Source: Polyangiales bacterium | Lineage (GTDB): Bacteria; Myxococcota_A; Polyangia; Polyangiales; Houyiibacteriaceae | Assembly (NCBI GenBank): GCA_045106895.1 | Contig: JBGCFM010000237.1 | Coordinates: 1 to 13,449, forward strand | DNA length: 13,449 nt | Direction of reading: 5' to 3' | Shown here: positions 8,845 through 13,449 of the stretch, piece by piece | Numbering within the stretch: the first letter of the stretch is position 1 | How the letters are laid out: every line of letters begins with the position of its first letter | Position numbers and translations under genes: made by a program | Notes under the pieces: generated by a model | Database searches by the model: none | The model's input: only the letters and a program-made list of their open reading frames with translations | Told to the model about the DNA's origin: nothing

Positions 8845-10269
8845 ATGCGTGGTTTTGGCTTATTGATGATGTGCGCCTTCGTCGCATGTACAAACGAAGG
8901 CACCGACCCGCCCGTCGGAAGGCTCAACTTCCCATCGGCGCTGGCGATTTCGGGAGAGTCCCTCTTCGTCGCCAGTTCGAACTTCACCCTCCGCTACAAC
9001 GCAGGCGCACTTCATCGCTACGACATCGGCGTCGCGAACGCAGCGCTGGTGGATCATTGCGGCGGTCTCAGCGCCGAAGAGCGCGACCTCTGCGGGATCG
9101 TTCCTGCGGAAGACCCTCAGCCCGGGGTCGGTTCGCCGGACCTCAACATCCGAGAGGTCGAGGGTCTTTTGACCAGTGAGGTCACCCTCGGAAGCTACGC
9201 GACAGGGATGGCGGTGCTGCCCAATGGCGACGGCGCCCGCGTCTACATGCCCGTTCGCAGCGACGCAAACATCAGCTTCGTCGATGTGGACGCGAGCGGC
9301 TGCCTCTCGTGTGGTGGCACCGGAAACTCCTGCGACCTCGTGGGTAGCCGACACGCCTGCAGCGACGAGTTTCGCCGCGGCAACGACGACACCGCGTCGA
9401 CGCGAGATATTGCGTTGCCCGCTGACCCCGTTGGAATCGCCGTTGGGCCTGCTGCCGATCTAGGCATGGGCCTCGGCGGGAACTACGTGATGACGGCGCA
9501 CCGAGGCGGGCGTGTGAGTCTCTTCCTTGAAGGCGGGACCGGAGGCATCGGCGCTCCCTATCTTGTGCACACTCTTGAAGGCTTCCCGAACGAGTTGGTG
9601 AGCCTCGCCGTCGACCCCGTCACGCAAACCGCGTGGATGCCAAACGCCATTCAGCGCGTGGTTTCCCGTGTCGGCGTTGCCATCGATGACGACACGGCGG
9701 CCATCGACCGCAGCTACCTTTACAACGCCGGCCAGCTGGATCTTCTCGGCGTCGACACCGGCGGCGAGAGCATTGGCGACACTCGCGCGATTCGCTTCGA
9801 CCCGCGGCCCGAGGTGCGCCGCGCATACATCCTGTCACGACGTCCGCGCGCTTTGCTTAGCGTCGAAGTCGATGAGAGTCGCGATTCTCTCTCCATCCGC
9901 GACATCATGGAGGTCGGCGTTGGGCCGACGCGGCTTGATGTGCGGCACTTCCCAAGCGCAAACCGCACGTTGGCCTTCGTCAGCTGCTTTGACTCGCGTG
10001 ACGTCTACGTCCTCGACGTCGACCAGGCTCGCCTCGTGGGCATCGTCCGCGGAATGGGCGGCGCCTTTGAGCTGACCACGTTTTCCGATGGCACCAACAA
10101 CTACGTCTACGTCCTCGACTTTCAGGCCTCAGCCATTCGTGTCCTCGACCTCGCACCCATGTTCGAGTGCCTCGATGACACGAGCTTTGGAGGCGACGCG
10201 TCCCGCGAGTGTTCTCCGCAGCAGCTTGGCTTCATCGGACGTCCACGCACCCGCCAGGAGCTGATCTAA
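8845..10269 (+). CDS. Uncharacterised lipoprotein, probable beta-propeller (YncE/YVTN-like), 474 aa
   Basis: ATG 8845 gives the signal peptide MRGFGLLMMCAFVA-C with a lipobox. Blade-like segments recur (FPSALAISGESLFVASSN, IMEVGVGPTRLDV, LAFVSCFDSRDVYVLDVD, YVYVLDFQASAIRVLDL), and there are 9 Cys in the mature part. The fold was inferred by eye. Confidence 0.8.
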   Translation: MRGFGLLMMCAFVACTNEGTDPPVGRLNFPSALAISGESLFVASSNFTLRYNAGALHRYDIGVANAALVDHCGGLSAEERDLCGIVPAEDPQPGVGSPDLNIREVEGLLTSEVTLGSYATGMAVLPNGDGARVYMPVRSDANISFVDVDASGCLSCGGTGNSCDLVGSRHACSDEFRRGNDDTASTRDIALPADPVGIAVGPAADLGMGLGGNYVMTAHRGGRVSLFLEGGTGGIGAPYLVHTLEGFPNELVSLAVDPVTQTAWMPNAIQRVVSRVGVAIDDDTAAIDRSYLYNAGQLDLLGVDTGGESIGDTRAIRFDPRPEVRRAYILSRRPRALLSVEVDESRDSLSIRDIMEVGVGPTRLDVRHFPSANRTLAFVSCFDSRDVYVLDVDQARLVGIVRGMGGAFELTTFSDGTNNYVYVLDFQASAIRVLDLAPMFECLDDTSFGGDASRECSPQQLGFIGRPRTRQELI

Positions 10270-12623
10270 TGCGGCGCATCGCAATCTTGGGCTTGTTCCT
10301 GACGGCCTGTACGCAGGACCCAACGCTGGTCAATCCGGCGACATTCGAACGTCCCGGCGCCGTCGCCTTCGTCTGCTTCGACTCGATGACGCAGGGCTAC
10401 GTGCCCTTGAGCGCCTGTGGTCCCATCGAAGGAGCCGAGCCCGATGACCGCTACTCGATGACCGCGCTGGTGACGCAGACGGCGAGCGGCGAGGTCGGTG
10501 CCATCGACCTTCGGCTCCATCGAACGTTGGACTCCGACGTGCGTGTTCCCGGTTACACGTTCGTCCGCGTCGGCGAGGTGCCCAGCGCCCTCGTCGTTCC
10601 TCCGGAAGCGCCGAACGTCACCTACGTGGCCAACTTTGGTTCCCGCAGCGTACAGTGGATGGACACCGCGCGTTTCCGCCCCGACGCCAACCCTATGTCG
10701 GGCGTCGAGGATGGCGCCGTCGTCCTCCCCGATGGCCCCGTGGCGATGGTGAGTTCCGCCGCAGGCGACGCTCTCTTCGTCGCGCTGCCGCTTGCGGGGG
10801 CCGTGCTCCCCATCAAGGTGCTCGAAAGCGGCGTCCTTGAGCAGCCCACGGAAGCCGACCTGGTTCCCCTCGCGGTCCCGCTCTTGCCTCAACCATTCGT
10901 TGCGCCACCGACGGAATATGGTTTGTCCTGTGGTGGGGTGGCCACTCGGCGTGTTGGGGGTGAACGACGCTCATTCGTTTCTCTGGGTGATGAGGCGGAA
11001 CCCGTGTCTCTCGTGGTCGTCGACGATGTGCTGTTGGTCGCGGATGCGGCACTACCGGTAATTCATCGCTTTTCGATTGGTGAAGACGGTGCTTTGAGCG
11101 CGCTCGAACCTCTGCCCACAGGCGTCCCAGTTCGACGAATCGCGGTGACTCCAGAGGTCCCAGCGGACGTGCCCGGGCTCAGTGGACCTGCTCGATACTT
11201 GTACGCCATTGACGCTACCGACCAGTCGGTGCTCGTCATGGACTACACAGCAGGTTCAGAGACGTTCGGGGGCATCATCCCGGTTCGTGCGGGCACCGAA
11301 CGAAACGACCGACTCGACCTCCCCGCTGACGCCCGTTCACTCGGAATTCTGACGCCGGGTTTTCCGGGGTCCATGTGTACGGAGCGCAACAATGAAGGAC
11401 CGACTGTGCTCCGAGGGGTCTTCCTCGCCGTCGGCCAGACGAACGGCGCGATGTCGATCATCGATGTTCTCGACTTAGATGCACCTTGCCGAGTCTCGGC
11501 AGAAGTGTGCGAACAGGAACAAACCTTCGTGTCCCGGCATAGTGAGAGAATCGGTTCGACTCTTTCCAATCGTGATGGTTTTCGGATCGCCGGAACGCCG
11601 ACGCTCACGTTGGACGGGAGCCCGGGTCAGATCGCGGGGGACGGAAGCACAAGCGCCTCGTTGCGGCTCACTGGAGCTTTGGGCGAGTGTCCCGCATTCA
11701 TGGGCGGTGCTGGTTTCAATATCTGCGTGTCGACAGACCCCTATTCGCAGGTTTCAGATGTTTGGACCGCGACTTACCAAGACGACTTTCTCAGCGGCGG
11801 ACGAGGGCGTTTTGCCGGGAGTGCGTTCTCCGTTAGCGCGAGCGATGGGCGCTTTTGCGAACGTGGTGCGATTGGACGGGATGATATCAGCGCGTCGAAT
11901 CTAACAGACGTGGACCCCGAGCTGGGATACCAGGGCGATGCTCTCGTCATCACCAGCCCACCTACGGCGAGTCGGGTCGAGTCCAATCCGGAGTGTGCGC
12001 GCTACGTCGACCCAGAAGACGGCCGCGAGTTTAAGCCGATCCGCTTTCAAATCCTCTCAGCGGCAAACTCTGAGCTGGAGCTTGGAGCAGAGACGGTTTC
12101 TACTGCCTTCGGACTATTGGATGGCACCGCGCCGGACTACGAGCGCGTGTTCCGATGTTATGAGCGAACACTCTTCCGATATGAAGTCCAGGTTCGGAAG
12201 GCCTACCTCGTCGCAGGGAGAGATGCCGGGTCTGTTCATCGTGTCATCGATACGGCTTCGGGGTGCCGCATCAACTCGGGCCCACTGGGACAGCCGGTCA
12301 TCGAGGGAAATTCCTCCACATACAGGAATCGAATCGCCCAGATTGGGCGCCCATTTGTAAACGCCCACGTGGCCTTCACCATCGACACTAGCAATGACCT
12401 CTCGCTTTCGAGTGAGTCCATCCTGACGTTCAACGTCACAGGTGCGCCAGTTCCGCTGGCGGCTGACGTTGGCAGCCGCGGGTCGGCTGCACGACGCCCG
12501 GCGCTTGTGGAACAGGTCGTATACAACCCGGTGACGTCGAAGCTCTACGCTCTCGACAGCAACAGCGACGGCTTCGTCGAATATCAGCTCGCGCCGCTGA
12601 CCACCGAGTTTATCTTCGAGTAA
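10269..12623 (+). CDS. Uncharacterised large lipoprotein, probable beta-propeller with inserted Cys-containing domain(s), 784 aa
   Basis: ATG 10269 overlaps the previous stop (TAATG), with AGGAG at 10256-10260. The signal peptide MRRIAILGLFLTA-C has a canonical lipobox. Blade-like segments include VRVGEVPSALVV, TYVANFGSRSVQWMD, YLYAIDATDQSVLVMD and VYNPVTSKLYALDSN. There are 12 Cys after the lipidated one. Confidence 0.82.
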   Translation: MRRIAILGLFLTACTQDPTLVNPATFERPGAVAFVCFDSMTQGYVPLSACGPIEGAEPDDRYSMTALVTQTASGEVGAIDLRLHRTLDSDVRVPGYTFVRVGEVPSALVVPPEAPNVTYVANFGSRSVQWMDTARFRPDANPMSGVEDGAVVLPDGPVAMVSSAAGDALFVALPLAGAVLPIKVLESGVLEQPTEADLVPLAVPLLPQPFVAPPTEYGLSCGGVATRRVGGERRSFVSLGDEAEPVSLVVVDDVLLVADAALPVIHRFSIGEDGALSALEPLPTGVPVRRIAVTPEVPADVPGLSGPARYLYAIDATDQSVLVMDYTAGSETFGGIIPVRAGTERNDRLDLPADARSLGILTPGFPGSMCTERNNEGPTVLRGVFLAVGQTNGAMSIIDVLDLDAPCRVSAEVCEQEQTFVSRHSERIGSTLSNRDGFRIAGTPTLTLDGSPGQIAGDGSTSASLRLTGALGECPAFMGGAGFNICVSTDPYSQVSDVWTATYQDDFLSGGRGRFAGSAFSVSASDGRFCERGAIGRDDISASNLTDVDPELGYQGDALVITSPPTASRVESNPECARYVDPEDGREFKPIRFQILSAANSELELGAETVSTAFGLLDGTAPDYERVFRCYERTLFRYEVQVRKAYLVAGRDAGSVHRVIDTASGCRINSGPLGQPVIEGNSSTYRNRIAQIGRPFVNAHVAFTIDTSNDLSLSSESILTFNVTGAPVPLAADVGSRGSAARRPALVEQVVYNPVTSKLYALDSNSDGFVEYQLAPLTTEFIFE

Positions 12624-12627
12624 GCGA

Positions 12628-13449
12628 ATGGCTGGCGCACGCGTCAAAGGCACCAAGAGCAAAACTAAGGCGAAGAAGAAGAAGACGTACACGCCCGTCA
12701 TGCTTCAGTTCTTGGCGGCGAAGGAAGCACATCCCGACTCGCTCCTCTTCTTTCGCCTAGGCGACTTCTACGAGATGTTCTTCGAGGACGCTTACCGCGC
12801 AGCGGAGCTCCTCGGCATTACCCAGACCTTTCGCGGAACGGACCCGAACGGGGAACGCATCGCCATGGCGGGCGTCCCACACCATGCCGCGGCTGGGTAC
12901 ATCACACGCGCCCTGAAGCAAGGGCAGAAGGTCGCTATCTGTGAGCAGATGGCGGACCCCTCGACGGTGAAAGGTGTGGTGCCACGCGAGGTCGTTCGCG
13001 TGATCACGCCCGCTCTTTGCTTGGAGGATGACGCCCTCGACGCGGGCGAAGACAACTACCTCGTCGCGCTTCACGCCGCCGAGGATTCCTTCGGTCTTGC
13101 GGCCTTCGAGATGAGCACGGGCAACCTACGAGCCTGTTCACTCCCAGACCACGCGGCGATCATCGCGGAGCTCGCGCGCCTCTCTCCTCGTGAAGTGCTT
13201 TTTCCCCTCGAGGGACTTGAGGTCCTCTACGAGGCCCTGGAAGCGGGCGGCGGCCGCGCGGTTCTTCGGCGCGAGAGCCACGATATGGAGGGAGTCCTGG
13301 AGGAAGCCCTCGGGGATGAGGAGACCGTGCTCGAAGGACCTGCGCGTCAGGCCGCAGCCCTCGCCCTCGCGTATGCACGCAAGAACCTCGCGGGCGGAGC
13401 GCTTCAAGTACAGCGGGTGGGACACTACGACCCGCGATCCCACCTCGTC
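12628..13449 (+). CDS. mutS: DNA mismatch repair protein MutS (5' part, runs off the window)
   Basis: This gene is absent from the ORF track and was translated by hand: TPVMLQFLAAKEAHPDSLLFFRLGDFYEMFFEDA (Phe-X-Glu mismatch-binding motif), MAGVPHHA, GQKVAICEQ and REVVRVITP. The frame stays open to the end of the window. Confidence 0.97.
   Translation, partial: MAGARVKGTKSKTKAKKKKTYTPVMLQFLAAKEAHPDSLLFFRLGDFYEMFFEDAYRAAELLGITQTFRGTDPNGERIAMAGVPHHAAAGYITRALKQGQKVAICEQMADPSTVKGVVPREVVRVITPALCLEDDALDAGEDNYLVALHAAEDSFGLAAFEMSTGNLRACSLPDHAAIIAELARLSPREVLFPLEGLEVLYEALEAGGGRAVLRRESHDMEGVLEEALGDEETVLEGPARQAAALALAYARKNLAGGALQVQRVGHYDPRSHLV

Noticed and set aside
10209..10268. ORF-track starts at 10209 and 8824 for the lipoproteins
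   Set aside because: The downstream ATGs at 10269 and 8845 place the lipoprotein signal peptides at the N-terminus.
2056..13443. Numerous overlapping alternative-frame and antisense ORFs
   Set aside because: These are expected in high-GC DNA. All overlap well-supported + strand genes and show no recognisable motifs.

Overview
GC-rich bacterial DNA, most consistent with a myxobacterium (Myxococcota); this is inferred from gene content and protein style, not from a search. All credible genes are on the + strand. The left block is a housekeeping run: scpB (5'-truncated, with tandem-repeat acidic arms at both ends), glyQ, glyS and ppdK. A membrane-anchored Hanks-type Ser/Thr kinase follows, with a PEGA-like domain and a Met-rich C-terminal tail. 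Next come two translationally coupled, Cys-rich, probable beta-propeller lipoproteins of unknown function, then the 5' part of mutS, which the ORF track misses. The best candidate for an undescribed system is the lipoprotein pair, possibly with the kinase. The second lipoprotein has a long internal segment of atypical codon usage, suggesting a variable or exchanged surface domain. I found no mobile elements, CRISPR arrays or RNA genes.
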